Source of the DNA: Reclinomonas americana ATCC 50394
Taxonomy: Eukaryota
Length of the DNA: 41,780 nucleotides
Direction: 5' to 3'
Assembly: GCA_048213135.1 (NCBI GenBank)
Contig: PS015017.1
Coordinates: 21,080 to 62,859, forward strand
Below, piece by piece: positions 27,785 to 39,100 of this stretch. Every line of letters begins with the position of its first letter. Position 1 is the stretch's first letter. Below the pieces are notes generated by a model. That model saw nothing but the letters and a program-made list of their open reading frames with translations. It had not been told where the DNA came from and made no database searches. The position numbers and the translations under genes are program-made.

Positions 27785-29692
27785 TCACTGACGACGCGAC
27801 AAGTGGACCATCAGCAGCAAGTCCAAGCCGGTGCCGGCCGGGTTGTGATCACCAAACCGCATGTACCGCGGTGGCGACGACGCGCCTCGACGCGGTGGCG
27901 GAACAGGCGGCTTCGGTCGTCCAAGCAACGTGCCACTGCCACTGCTCTCCTCCTCCGTCGTTGTCGTCGTCACCGGCACTGCACGTCGCGGTGGCGGCAC
28001 TGGCGGCTTCGGTCGTCCAAGCAGCGTGCTGTGGCCGCTGTTCTCCTCCGTCGGTGTCGTCGTCACTGGCACCGCACGGCGTGGTGGCGGCACTGGCGGC
28101 TTCAGTTGTCCGAGCAGCGTGCTGCGGCCACTGCTCTCCTCCGTCGTTGTCGTCATCGTTGACACGTGCATCGGCAGCAACGCCGCCGCCGCCTCCATCG
28201 TGGGCACCTGGATCGCCGCCATCGCTGCGAACGTCTCCATCGCGATCGACGTGTGTCGTGCCGATGCCGCGCGCCCCTCGCTCGGCAGAAGAGCACGTGG
28301 CACGCGATCGCCCACAGCCCCACACGCAGCCGCCGCCGCATGCGCAGGCATCATCACCACGTGCTTCGGCTTGGTGATGACCTCCGTTGTCGTCTTCTCC
28401 TCCACCGTCTTCGCCGTCGACCTGCCACCGGCGCCGGCTGCTGCCGTCGTGGTGGTAGTGCTGGTGGTGATACTCACGGTCGTCGTCATCGTCGTCATCG
28501 TCGTCATCGTGACCTGCACCGCGCGCAGCGAGTCGAACACGGCCCGGCGGCTCGCCGTCATCGTGCCCGACCGCTGCACCTGCGTCTCGTAGTCCGTGAA
28601 CTTGCGCTCGTCGGCCAGCCGCAGGCAGGTGCCCACGAACATGTCGGTCACCGCCGAGAAGTCCGCCAGCTGCAGGTGTGTGCCCGAGTTGTTGCGACTG
28701 ATCGACGCAAACTCGCGGTAGAACGGCGTCGCGTGGTCGCGGTTCAGACACTGCACCGCGAACAGCATCACGCCGTCATCGGCCAGCGTGCGCGCCTCGC
28801 GGCGCCAGTCCAGTCGCAGCTTGTTGTCGGCATAGCCCACTGCGTGCGGCACGTCGTCACCAATCAGCACAAAGGCCTTGGTCTTGGCGTCGGACGACCA
28901 CTTCAATGTGCGCGCGTGGTACATGGCCAGCTCGTAGCACTCCTCGGCGTCGCCGCCGCCAGTCGGGCCACACTGGCTCTCCACGAAATCGCGCAGCTTG
29001 TCCATGTTGCGAGTGAAGTCGAGGTGCCGGATCACGTAGCTCGACACGCCGTCGCAATAGTCGCCATGGGCGATGACGGCGACACGCACCTCCGGCACCT
29101 CCTGCAACAGGCGTGCGATGGTGTCGGTGAGGTTGCGCTTCACCTCGTCAATGGCCGAGCTCATGCTGCCGGTGGTGTCGAACGAGAAGCACACGTCGAT
29201 CGGACCGCCGGCAGGCTTGGCGCGCTTCTGGCGCTGCTGCTTGGCACCCTTCTCCGCCGCCGTCGTGTCGCCGATCTGGTGGAGGAACTGGCACTCGGCA
29301 CCCATGGCGCACAGACCGGCACCGCCGCGGAAACGCCAGCATGGGTCGTTGGCGTAGGCGTGCACGAACTTGCATGCGGCGCCGTGCTTGCAGCCAGCCG
29401 CCGAGTTGAAGTAGCGGCACAGAGCGCCGCGCGCGTCACGCGGCAGCGGAGCGTCGTGATCGGCCGCAGCTGAGCTGCTGCTGCCGGTGGTGGTGGTCTG
29501 CTTCACTGCCTCGTGCAAGTACTTGCACTCCGCACCGGACCGACAGTGGCCTGCCCCACCGCGGAAGTGGCGACAAGGGTTGTCACCGTAGGCGTGCACA
29601 AAGTGGCAACTGGCGCCACGGGTGCAGCCGGTCGGCGAGTTGAAGTGGCGGCACAGAGTGCCACGAATGTCGCGAGGGAGATGCTGGGACAT
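27785..29692 (-). CDS. Intronless protein with four CCCH zinc fingers, a vWA domain and three proline-rich repeats
   Basis: C-x8/9-C-x5-C-x3-H occurs four times, as a duplicated pair. The vWA domain shows DVCFSFDTTGSM, HGDYCD, GGGDAEECYELA and VLIGDDVPH. The C-terminus has LLG..KPPVPPPRR three times. The likely ATG is 29692, and the ORF is open further upstream. Confidence 0.88.
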   Translation of the reverse strand: MSQHLPRDIRGTLCRHFNSPTGCTRGASCHFVHAYGDNPCRHFRGGAGHCRSGAECKYLHEAVKQTTTTGSSSSAAADHDAPLPRDARGALCRYFNSAAGCKHGAACKFVHAYANDPCWRFRGGAGLCAMGAECQFLHQIGDTTAAEKGAKQQRQKRAKPAGGPIDVCFSFDTTGSMSSAIDEVKRNLTDTIARLLQEVPEVRVAVIAHGDYCDGVSSYVIRHLDFTRNMDKLRDFVESQCGPTGGGDAEECYELAMYHARTLKWSSDAKTKAFVLIGDDVPHAVGYADNKLRLDWRREARTLADDGVMLFAVQCLNRDHATPFYREFASISRNNSGTHLQLADFSAVTDMFVGTCLRLADERKFTDYETQVQRSGTMTASRRAVFDSLRAVQVTMTTMTTMTTTVSITTSTTTTTAAAGAGGRSTAKTVEEKTTTEVITKPKHVVMMPAHAAAAACGAVGDRVPRALLPSEGRAASARHTSIAMETFAAMAAIQVPTMEAAAALLPMHVSTMTTTTEESSGRSTLLGQLKPPVPPPRRAVPVTTTPTEENSGHSTLLGRPKPPVPPPRRAVPVTTTTTEEESSGSGTLLGRPKPPVPPPRRGASSPPRYMRFGDHNPAGTGLDLLLMVHLSRRQ

Positions 29693-30075
29693 GGTTCGCG
29701 TTCCGGGAGTGTAAAAAAACTTGAAAGCACATGCGACTTGTGTGCTTCTTTTGTCGACATCCATCCTGTCACATTCTGCCGGATTTTGACGGGTGTATCT
29801 GTGTGAAGCTGTTTTCGGGTCAAGCAAGGGATATATTTGGCAGAGGCGGGGCAGGTTGTATTAGATCCGATCCGGCCACCCACGCAGCTTCCTGCCCAGA
29901 CTGCAGCAGTGTGATGCACGTGTACTCGCGAGTCGATCGTCGACGCAACCAAAAATAGCGACTTGGGGTGCTCACGCCCCACAGCCGTACATAGTGGGGC
30001 GGATCCTCAGCAAAAAAAAAAAAAACTCCCGTGACGAGCAGCTTTCGCTTGCCTCCTCCTCAACGTCGCACAAAC

Positions 30076-30352
30076 GCAGGACATTTTTTCGAACGCTACA
30101 CAAATACGCGATCTCCGTACCTCGCCCTCGGCCTTGCAGTGGCCCTCATTACTGTGTGCATCGTACTCCTGCACAGCATGCTTCACGACGACGACGAAGC
30201 CGCGGACGACAGAGTCGCTGTTGGTGAGAGAGAGACAGACAGACAGAGAAACACACGCAGATTGCTCATTCTTCCCGCTGCAGCAGCACCACTGGCACTC
30301 TCAGCGAGACAATGGATCGACGTGAGAGACGATGGTATGCATGCATTCCCCT
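30076..30352 (+). repeat. Segmental duplicate, copy 1 (copy 2 at 32076-32350)
   Basis: About 275 nt, near-identical between copies, spanning two exons, the intervening intron and the next splice donor (gatg|gtatgc). Confidence 0.95.
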
Positions 30353-31274
30353 GTTCTCGTTTATCTCTTCTCCTTTTCCTCATTCTACTCTCGACAGATA
30401 TGACACTCAACAAGGATGAGCGACTGTTGCTGTGGCTCCAGAATGAGGGCCATGGTCACCCACAAGATGGCGACTTGCGCCGGCACGAGTCAAAAGATGC
30501 GCCCCACACCGGTACCACCAAATGGAGCCCTCTGCAGGCTTGGGCGCTGGCGCACGCAGTACGTACTTCTCACACTTGTGTTGTGGAGTCGGTTGAGGGC
30601 TAAATTTTGGGTCTCCAGGTGACTTTCCCACTGTTTGAAGATGGTGTCAGGCAGGCACGCAAGTTTGTGTGCTTCAATATGACTGATGACGACGTGCTGG
30701 TCACACAACTGCGCACCGACCGTCGCATGCCGTACCTCGACCGCGAAGACGTTTTCTGGTTGCTGGATGAGGTTTGGTCAACGTAAGCATGGACCTTTCT
30801 TTCTCCACACACATTTTTCTCATCGATTCCCTTTCGTGTCAGGTGAATCCCTCGAAAGAGTCTGTGCTGCAGGAACGTGCTGAGCGCTTCCGCAGCTTCC
30901 TCTGCCAGCTGAGCGCATTCTGGGATGTGGATGAAGTCATCCGAATCAACGACAAGCTCACCATTGTGGTGCAACCACAACTTGGTGGCAGAAGCTGGAT
31001 ATTGGAAGCAACAACGACTGATCGCGACACCAACTTCAAGTATGACGGACACTCGTATCAGCTGGAGTCGATCGCTGGTGCTGATGGCGTCACGCCAGAC
31101 TCACCCGAGCTGACACCGCAACTTGTGCATGCGGCCGAGATGAGCAGCTTTCTTTCCGAAGAGCAAGCCTTCGAGGTCGAACTGGACGCTGTTGTCGCCG
31201 AACTCAGGAAGGAAGTGGAAAGGATTCGACGAGAGTCCGAGCAGCTGCTGGCGGCTTCCGATTGCGTCGAGTAG
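30178..31274 (+). CDS. Chimeric hypothetical protein: duplicated 5' exons of the EEP gene joined to unrelated exons
   Basis: MLHDDDEAADDRVAV|AAPLALSARQWIDVRDD|DMTLNKDERLLLWLQ...ALAHA|VTFPLFEDG...FWLLDE|VNPSKES...DCVE*. All junctions are GT-AG and in phase. The true start may lie further upstream. Confidence 0.6.
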
Positions 31275-31388
31275 CAGGCGTCCGTTCACTTTGCAGTTGT
31301 GCAAATGTTGAACAGTGAACAGCTTAAGCAAGGTGCCTTCTGATCTTCTATTTTTTGTTGCTTGGGGAGTCGTTGTCTCTAACGAGCT

Positions 31389-31423
<35 letters not shown>

Positions 31424-32075
31424 AGCGAGCACGGCGCCATCGATTCATTGATTCCGAGCTCACGAGAAGGTGACGGTGGCAGATACAATTACAGCACCGG
31501 GGACTGACCTTCCACAAAACCAAATTCGGCGTGAGGCCAAGGATGCCCGACTCATTGTCGCACGTCTCCCAGTGAAGCTCCGGTGACATGATTGGTGTGT
31601 CACTGATACACGGCACAAGCGTATAGCAATGGTCTCGACGATCAAAGTGTTGTTTGTGTGCACCTGCGATGGTGGGATCACGTGCACCGCCGTCGAGGAT
31701 GACGAAACCGAGATTGTACTAAGCAGTGCGCCTGGCGACTGAGGAAGCGGCGCATAGACAGGGGAAGAGGTGGGCGAAGCCGCACCTGCAGATTGCAATT
31801 CTTCGGGTGCGGGTCGGACCATGGCCATCTGCGGGACAGGGAGTGAGCACACGCAAGTGACACAGTGCACGTTCCTCACGTCGTGTAACTGGCGCGCCGA
31901 ATAAATAAGTCGACAAGGACGACATATATCGCGACGTCGACGTTCATTCAAGTTTTGTGGTTGACGCTCCTTCTCGCGATCGTCCGAGGGCCTGCTTCGT
32001 AATTGTGAAGTAGCGCGATGAACATGCCGCCGCACGTGACGTGCAAGCTGGCGTTTGTGGATACGTGTTCCGCAA

Positions 32076-32350
32076 GCAGGACATTTTTTCGAACGCAATC
32101 ACGCGATCTCCCCACCTCGCCCTCGGCCTTGCTGTGGCCCTCATTGCTGTGTGCATCGTACTCCTACACAGCATGCTTCACGACGACGACGAAGCCGCGG
32201 AAGACAGAGTCGCTGTTGGTGAGAGAGAGACAGGAGAGAGAACACACACACAAAGTCTCTTGCTCATTCTTCCCGCTGCAGCAGCACCACTGGCGCTCTC
32301 AGCGAGACAATGGATCGATGTGAGAGACGATGGTATGCATGCATTCCCCT
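32076..32350 (+). repeat. Segmental duplicate, copy 2 (5' end of the EEP gene)
   Basis: Matches 30076-30352. Confidence 0.95.
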
Positions 32351-35098
32351 CTTCTCCTTTTCTCTCTTCTCCTTTCCCTCACCTGTCTCTTCCCCCNNNN
32401 NNNNNNNNNNNNNNNNNNNNNNNNNNNNNNNNNNNNNNNNNNNNNNNNNNNNNNNNNNNNNNNNNNNNNNNNNNNNNNNNNNNNNNNNNNNNNNNNNNNN
32501 NNNNNNNNNNNNNNNNNNNNNNNNNNNNNNNNNNNNNNNNNNNNNNNNNNNNNNNNNNNNNNNNNNNNNNNNNNNNNNNNNNNNNNNNNNNNNNNNNNNN
32601 NNNNNNNNNNNNNNNNNNNNNNNNNNNNNNNNNNNNNNNNNNNNNNNNNNNNNNNNNNNNNNNNNNNNNNNNNNNNNNNNNNNNNNNNNNNNNNNNNNNN
32701 NNNNNNNNNNNNNNNNNNNNNNNNNNNNNNNNNNNNNNNNNNNNNNNNNNNNNNNNNNNNNNNNNNNNNNNAAAGACGCCTCCTCGAGCCCGACCATCCG
32801 CGTGGCCTCCTACAACATCCTCGCCGACATGCACGCATGGAACGCACACATGAACCGCGATTACTCGCCCGAGGTGCGCCAGTGGGCACGTCGACAGGCG
32901 ATGCTGGTGGCCGAGATCACCACACTGCAACCCGACATTCTCGGCATGCAGGTACCTGTGCAAGTCGGAAAAATCAATCGCCTGCAGAGAACTCCGCGCT
33001 CTCACACGCAAGCCACAGGAAGTAGAACGTGCAGTGTTCGAGGACTGGAGTGAGCCGGGCGGGGCGCTGGATGTGGGCGACGCCGGGCAGATCTATGCAG
33101 GCGAGTTCTCACCGAGGGACTGGCAGGTACTGACTGTGATTGTGGAGACTAGTGGGCGCGCGCACTGACCCTCAAAAACAGGCCACGGGACGTGTTGATG
33201 GAGTGGCGATCATGTACAGAGAATCGCGTTTTGAGTTGCTGGCCACGCGACGAGTGTGCCTGCGACAAGTTGCGCCACTGCTTGGATTTTGTGCGCTCGC
33301 TTGTGACCTCATGCCGTCGTCGATGCAGGCCACTCGCACCCGACTCGCCGATCGCGACGATATCGACGAGAGTGCACGGGAGCGGTACACTGCCAAGGCG
33401 AGCAGCGGACTGATGCTTCTGTTGCGGGACCTGATGGCTGACGGGCAGGTTTTCATCGCTGCCAACGTGNNNNNNNNNNNNNNNNNNNNCATCCGTACTG
33501 GGATCCGCGATTTGCCGATGTGGTGCGTCTGTCGTACTTGCCAGCATATCTCTCTTTGCGGGCTCACGCTCAGTGTGACGCACAGAAATTGTGGCAAGTT
33601 CGTGAATTCGTGTTGCAAGTCGAGGATTTTGCGAGGGAGCAGGCGGGCTTGTGGCAGGGTGACGGCATTGGTGCGCGACGATTGACTTGACAGCAGAATG
33701 ACATCGCCTCACGGTCTCTTGCAGCTCCACCCGTAATCATGGTTGGCGACTTCAACTCGCTGCCCTGGAGTGCCGTCTACTCGTACCTGGCCGAGCAGCG
33801 CGTCGATCCGGCACACCTCGAAGTGCAGGTGAGGATGGGTGAGGAGATTGTTGTTGTGCGCTCTTGACGTTTAACTGCTGCGTACTTGCAGCTCGACCCC
33901 ACTGGTTTCCTGTCCACTATGGAGCTGGAGAGTGCACTTCGCTTCACCAGGTGCGCCCATGGTTTCCCCCATTTCCTGCACCGCCGTCGCTCACTCGTCG
34001 CACAGTGTGTACTCGTTGGTGCCGGAGCACGCCCAGAGTGAGGCTCCTCCGCACGCACTGCGTCGGCCAGAGGATTACGAACCTCTTGTGGCGGCCGTCT
34101 CCGAAAGAGAGGCACACTTCACCACCCTCACACCGACGTTTGCTGGCGTGCTGGATTACTTGTGGTACTGTCCGGCGGCAGATGGCGCCACGTGGACCGT
34201 TGGTCGCCATTTGCTGCCGCAACGAGCACTTCAACTGCCGACCCTGGATGACATTGAGGGGGATGGTGCGTCTCTCTATCACGCAATATGGTTTCCCTTT
34301 GCACATTCTCTCATTCTTTCTGCCTGTTCAACCCACTTGCTGACTCTCTCCCATATACTCTTCTGTCTCGCCCTCCTCTCTCTCTCTCCCCTCTCATCCC
34401 TTTGATCTTCTTTGTGTCCTTCTCATTCTTCTTCTCCTCTTCTTCTTCTTCTTCTTCGTCTTGTCTCTCTTTTCATGTCTCTCTCCCTCACACACGCATA
34501 CACTCGTTGCTCTTTGTCCCTCCCTCCTTTGCTTCTCTTCCCTCGTCTTCTTCTCCTTACTCTCTTTCTCCCCCAGTCACTGACTCTCTCACACACTCTT
34601 TGCTCTTTCTGCCCCCCTCCTTCACCTTCCTCTTCTTCTTGCCCCCTTTCTTGTTCTCCTCCCTTCCACTCCCTCCGCCTCCTCCTCTTCCTCCTCATCT
34701 TTCTCTCTCCCTCCTCTCGCAGTCTCTCTTCTCTTTCCACATTTCCTTCTTCTTCTTCTCATTCTCTTCCCCCGTCCTCTTCTTCCGTTCCCTTCCCCTT
34801 AGTTCCTTTCCCCTCATTCTTTCGCATATTCTCTTGCATTTCTCTTCTCACTGTCTCTCTCGAACTCTTTGCACTCTGTGCCTCCCTCCCTCTCTCCACC
34901 CTCTTCCGTTCGCCCTCTCTCTCTTCTCTCTTCACTTCCTCCTTCCCCTCCCTTCCCTCATCCCTCCCTCGCTCACCATTGCTGCCAGAATGGAGGAAAG
35001 GAGACCACGCACAAACGCGTGGCGCCCCCAACGAGCGCTTCCCCAGCGACCACTTCCTCCTGTGCGCCGAGTTCGCCTGGGTGAGACCCGACACGTGA
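32173..35098 (+). CDS. Exonuclease-endonuclease-phosphatase (EEP) hydrolase, CCR4/Angel/nocturnin-like; start uncertain (possibly ~32018)
   Basis: Motifs are IRVASYNILAD, PDILGMQ|E, DGVAIMYR, FIAANV..YWDP, PVIMVGDFNSLP, FAGVLDYLWY and PNERFPSDHFLLCAEF, with TGA at 35096-35098. Confidence 0.9.
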
Positions 35099-35155
35099 AA
35101 CTGCAAATACAAAAAACCTTTGATGTGCTACTGCTACTACACACAAGCTTCGTCT

Positions 35156-36018
35156 TTAAAAGAATTTAACACCCGACCGCTCCTGGTCACCACTCCCAAA
35201 GATACGCGCCTTGCCGGACTCCTCCAGACACTCGACAATCTTCAAAAAGTAGCCAGTCGGCAGTCCATGAAACTCTGCAAGCGGTCGTGTGAAAACAAGT
35301 CGCCGCACCCACCCATGCAGCACACACCTTGTCCCTCGCCCGTCGGCCCCTCAATCAACTCAAACACCGTGTACACCGTGTCGTTGCCGCCCACAGACAC
35401 CACCTGCAGCACAGCAAAACTCAGCACAACGGAACAACGACAACACACACTCAAGCAGCAACCTCGACGCACCCACTGATACACAATCTGCGCCCACTCG
35501 ATTGGTTTCCTCCAAAACACATAACATGAGCGACCAGGCTCGCTCCACACTCCTCGCCCTGCGCAACCACCACTCTAAGACGAGTGAAAGAGACAACACT
35601 CCACTCATCACACACGCGCGCGCACCTGTGCTGACCAGCTCCTCGAAAACGAGTCGAATGAGCTCGGCGTCTGCTTTCCCTGCAGACACAGAGAGAGAGA
35701 AAGTGAGCGCAGAGAGAGAGAGACATAGACAGAGACACAGGCACAACTCGCGCAACTCGCAATCAGTGCATTCTCAAACAAGCCCGACGCATACAACACA
35801 CGCTCGTTGTCGAGTGACAGCTCGTGTACTTGGTGTCTCTGTGCCCAGTCGACCACTAGCGATGCCCACAAGGCGAGTTGTCGTGCGCGAGTGGCCAGTG
35901 TTGGCTGCAGAGTGTATGAGGGTGGAAAGCGATGGAACTCGGGGAATTCACTGGCTTCGCGGGCGGCTGCTGCAGGGATGGCGGTGGTGGAGGAGGAGGA
36001 AGAGGAGGAGGAGGCCAT
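35156..36018 (-). CDS. VPS25: ESCRT-II subunit VPS25
   Basis: FPEFHRFPPSYTLQP...QLALW, LFEN, VFWRKPIEWAQIVYQW, VYTVFELIEG, FHGL and the C-terminal GVKFF* (TAA 35158-35156), over five phase-consistent exons. Confidence 0.95.
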
Positions 36019-36106
36019 GGTGTTGGCGAGACAAGACAAACAAGACAATGATATGAAGGGACAGGGGACGAGCGATCAAGTGCCTCGTGACTTCTCACTC
36101 TCCCCC

Positions 36107-39100
36107 TTACATGCCGTACACCAGGGTGCCTACTGCATGAGGAAGAAGCGTGCGAAGCCTGCAACTTCTTGACCTAAGGATCACAGAACCACTCCCTTGT
36201 ATTCTCTCTCCGTCAGGCGTTTTTACTAACAGATATACGTGAAACAGTTGGAACTGTGCATGCGAGAGTGGGGTGAGTACGAGGCACGGCGAGCGAGTCC
36301 ACCAGTCCAGCACGAACCCGCTGAAACACTGCAGGGGATGGAAATGGATAAAGTCAGAAGCACGAAAACAGGTAACAAGTCGCTCCTCTTTCCCTCTCTC
36401 ATTCTCCTTCTTTCGTTCCTGTGTATGCATCATGACTTCTGGGTCCCTCGGCCTCCTCGCCGTTCTCTCTCTCTCTCACACACACACTCGCTCGCTCGAT
36501 ATCTTTGTGTCTGTATTGCATCATGACTTCCTGCCTCCATGCCGTTCTCCTCGCTTGGTATTCAATCCCTCTCTTTTCTTCTTTCGTTCTTGTGTTTGCA
36601 TCATGACTTTCTCTGTTCGTAAGCAAGTGCCTGCCTCCATGCCGTTCTCCTCGCTTGGTATTCAATCCCTTTCACTTTTCTTCTTTCGTTCTTGTGATTG
36701 CATCATGTCTTTCTCTGTTCGCAAGCAAGTCGCCTTTGGGTGCTTGCCTCCTTGCCGCTCTCTCTCTCTCTCTCTCTCTCTCGCTCGCTCGCTCGAAATC
36801 TTTGTGTCTGTGTTTACATCATGACAATCTCTGTTCGTAAGCAAGTGCCTGCCTCCTTGCTTGGTTCTCGATCCCGTTCTATTCCTTTCGTCAGGTCTTC
36901 TGTGTTTTCTGTCTCTCTCTCCCTCCCCTTTCCTCCCTTTCCCCTCTCCCTTCCCTCCCTCTCCTCTGACTCGTACCTTGCTGCACTTTTCGCAAAACGT
37001 GCCCGTGTATTGCACCTGCATGCGACGTATACAACAGTGAGCAAGATATAAGTATCATCAATCTCTACAACAAAGGCGCAACATTGCAGACGCAGTTGCC
37101 GGCCGCGTCGCACTGCCCTCGTCCGTTGCACTGCGCACAGACTTGTCAATGGAAGAACACTCACTCGTTCATCGGCAACAGCATTCGCACTTTCTCCACT
37201 GGTCGGCAGGAGCAGTCGGGACCACCGAAACTGTGCCACGCGAAAGCAGGCGATGAGAGAAAACTGAATGTGGCTTATACGAGCCACCCCCATCTGCCAC
37301 TTTCTCACCCGACATAACACTTGCAAGTTCCTGTGATGCCTCGGTTTCAGCACAAAGAGTAAATGGGGGAGAAGAGGGAGAGAAGAGACGAGCTCACCAT
37401 CGGTATTGCACGTTCCACCATTATTGCACGTGGTCTGTGCGTTGCACACTGCCGGCGTCTGCATGCACACACATATCGCGACTGCGTCAACGAATCGCAC
37501 GTCATGAACCTCAGCACACTGAACCAACCGCGGACTTCTCGCAGCGAGTGCCCGAGTAACCCGACTTGCAGATGCAGCCGGTGCCAGTGAAGCCTTGCGA
37601 GCACGAAGCCGTTCCGGTGGCATCACTGGTTGATTACAAAACGTCAGGCATCTATATTGGACGACATGCACGCAGTAGAACCAGTCATCGAACCATAGTG
37701 AACACTGCAGGGAGCAACGAATGATGAGCAACCGGGTGCAACGACAATCACTCTCACGCACTCACTTGGCCAGAGCAGTCGGCGCCAAAGTATCCAGTGG
37801 CACACGTGTCGCAACTCGCTCCGGAATAGTTGCCGGTGCATTGACTGCAGAGACGCACGTGAGAGATGATCAAGAGCGTGATCCTCCGTATCAACTGACA
37901 CCCTCCCCACCTCCCTCCCTCCCTCCCACTCACCATGTACCCGTGGCGGTGCACGTTCCACGCCCGTTGCAGGTGGTGGCCGCCGAGCACTGGCACAGCG
38001 GACCACCAAAGCCAGTGGCACACACGCAGCCGGTGCCCGTTCTTCCCTGGCTGCACGATGCAGTGTTGGTGGCGATGCACGACGAGCACAGGTTGGAGCA
38101 CATGGCTCCCCAGCGACCGGCCGCGCACTCAGCACACAGGGCTCCGGTGAAATTCGCCACGCAAATGCACCCGCCAAGTGTGCCCGAAACGCAGGTGCCA
38201 GTGCCAGCAGTGTAGCAGCTGCTGCACTGACTGGAGCACGTAGCTCCAAAGTATCCAGCTGCGCACGCATCGCAAGCAGCGCCGGTCCAGTTTGTCGCAC
38301 ACTGGCAGGTCCCAGCCGCCGTGCAGACACCGTTGCCCGAGCAAGTGGTAGCCGACGAGCACCCGGCAACCGGCGCCTCGCTGACTGTGAGTGGTGCCGT
38401 CAGGCGATTACCGGTGCTGTCAGTGGCCGTCACCGAGAACGACAGCGTTCCGCGAACGCCAGCCATCGCCAACTGCACTTGACCACCGCTGCTGACTGTG
38501 ACAGACTGAGCGACAGTCACCGTGTCGTTTGCATCCGGATCCACGGCAGTTACCGTGCCGATAACAGTGCCGGCACTGGCGCCTGGAGAACAGACGGGTT
38601 AGGGGGAGTGCTGAGAACACATAAAAGAGCAACGGCTGGAAGACAAACCAGACGGGTATGTGGCGTTGGAGAGCAAGATGCTGGTGGGTGCGCGGTTGGT
38701 GTTGGGGACCACGGCCGTTTGGCACAGTGTACCAGTGAAACCGGACGGACACGTGCAGCCACCGTCACCCAGGCTGCCGTCACGGCACGTGCCGCCATTT
38801 TGGCAAGCAGGGCATGTACCTGTGTCGGAGAAGCCCGTCAGCTCACCCCTCGCTGTGCGCAGAGGGGAAGGCATACAGAACAGACCGTCGCACTTGGCGC
38901 CAAAGTAGCCACTCGCACAAGTGCAGGAAACCGAGCCAGCACTATTCACTGCACACGCTCCACGTCCAGAGCACCTGCACACGTGCGAGTAAGAACTCAC
39001 TCGCCCTGTTCAACCCTGCTGCGACAGCACGAACCACACGGTGCTGTCGCACACACTGCAGGTGGAACCGGACCAGCCAGAGTTGCATGTGCATCCACCC

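Noticed and set aside
27861-29473. Long plus-strand ORFs opposite the CCCH-vWA gene (likewise 26045-27016 and 41176-41757)
   Set aside because: These are antisense shadows of GC-rich coding sequence with no independent motifs.
33090-33182. Possible GC-AG intron in the EEP gene
   Set aside because: A canonical GT donor at ~33127 gives an in-frame join to ATGRVDG.
36232-36372. Plus-strand exon-like segment after tactaacag (VKQLELCMREWGEY...)
   Set aside because: No partner exons were found, and the opposite strand plausibly supplies the last exon of the EGF gene. It remains unresolved, so it is not called.
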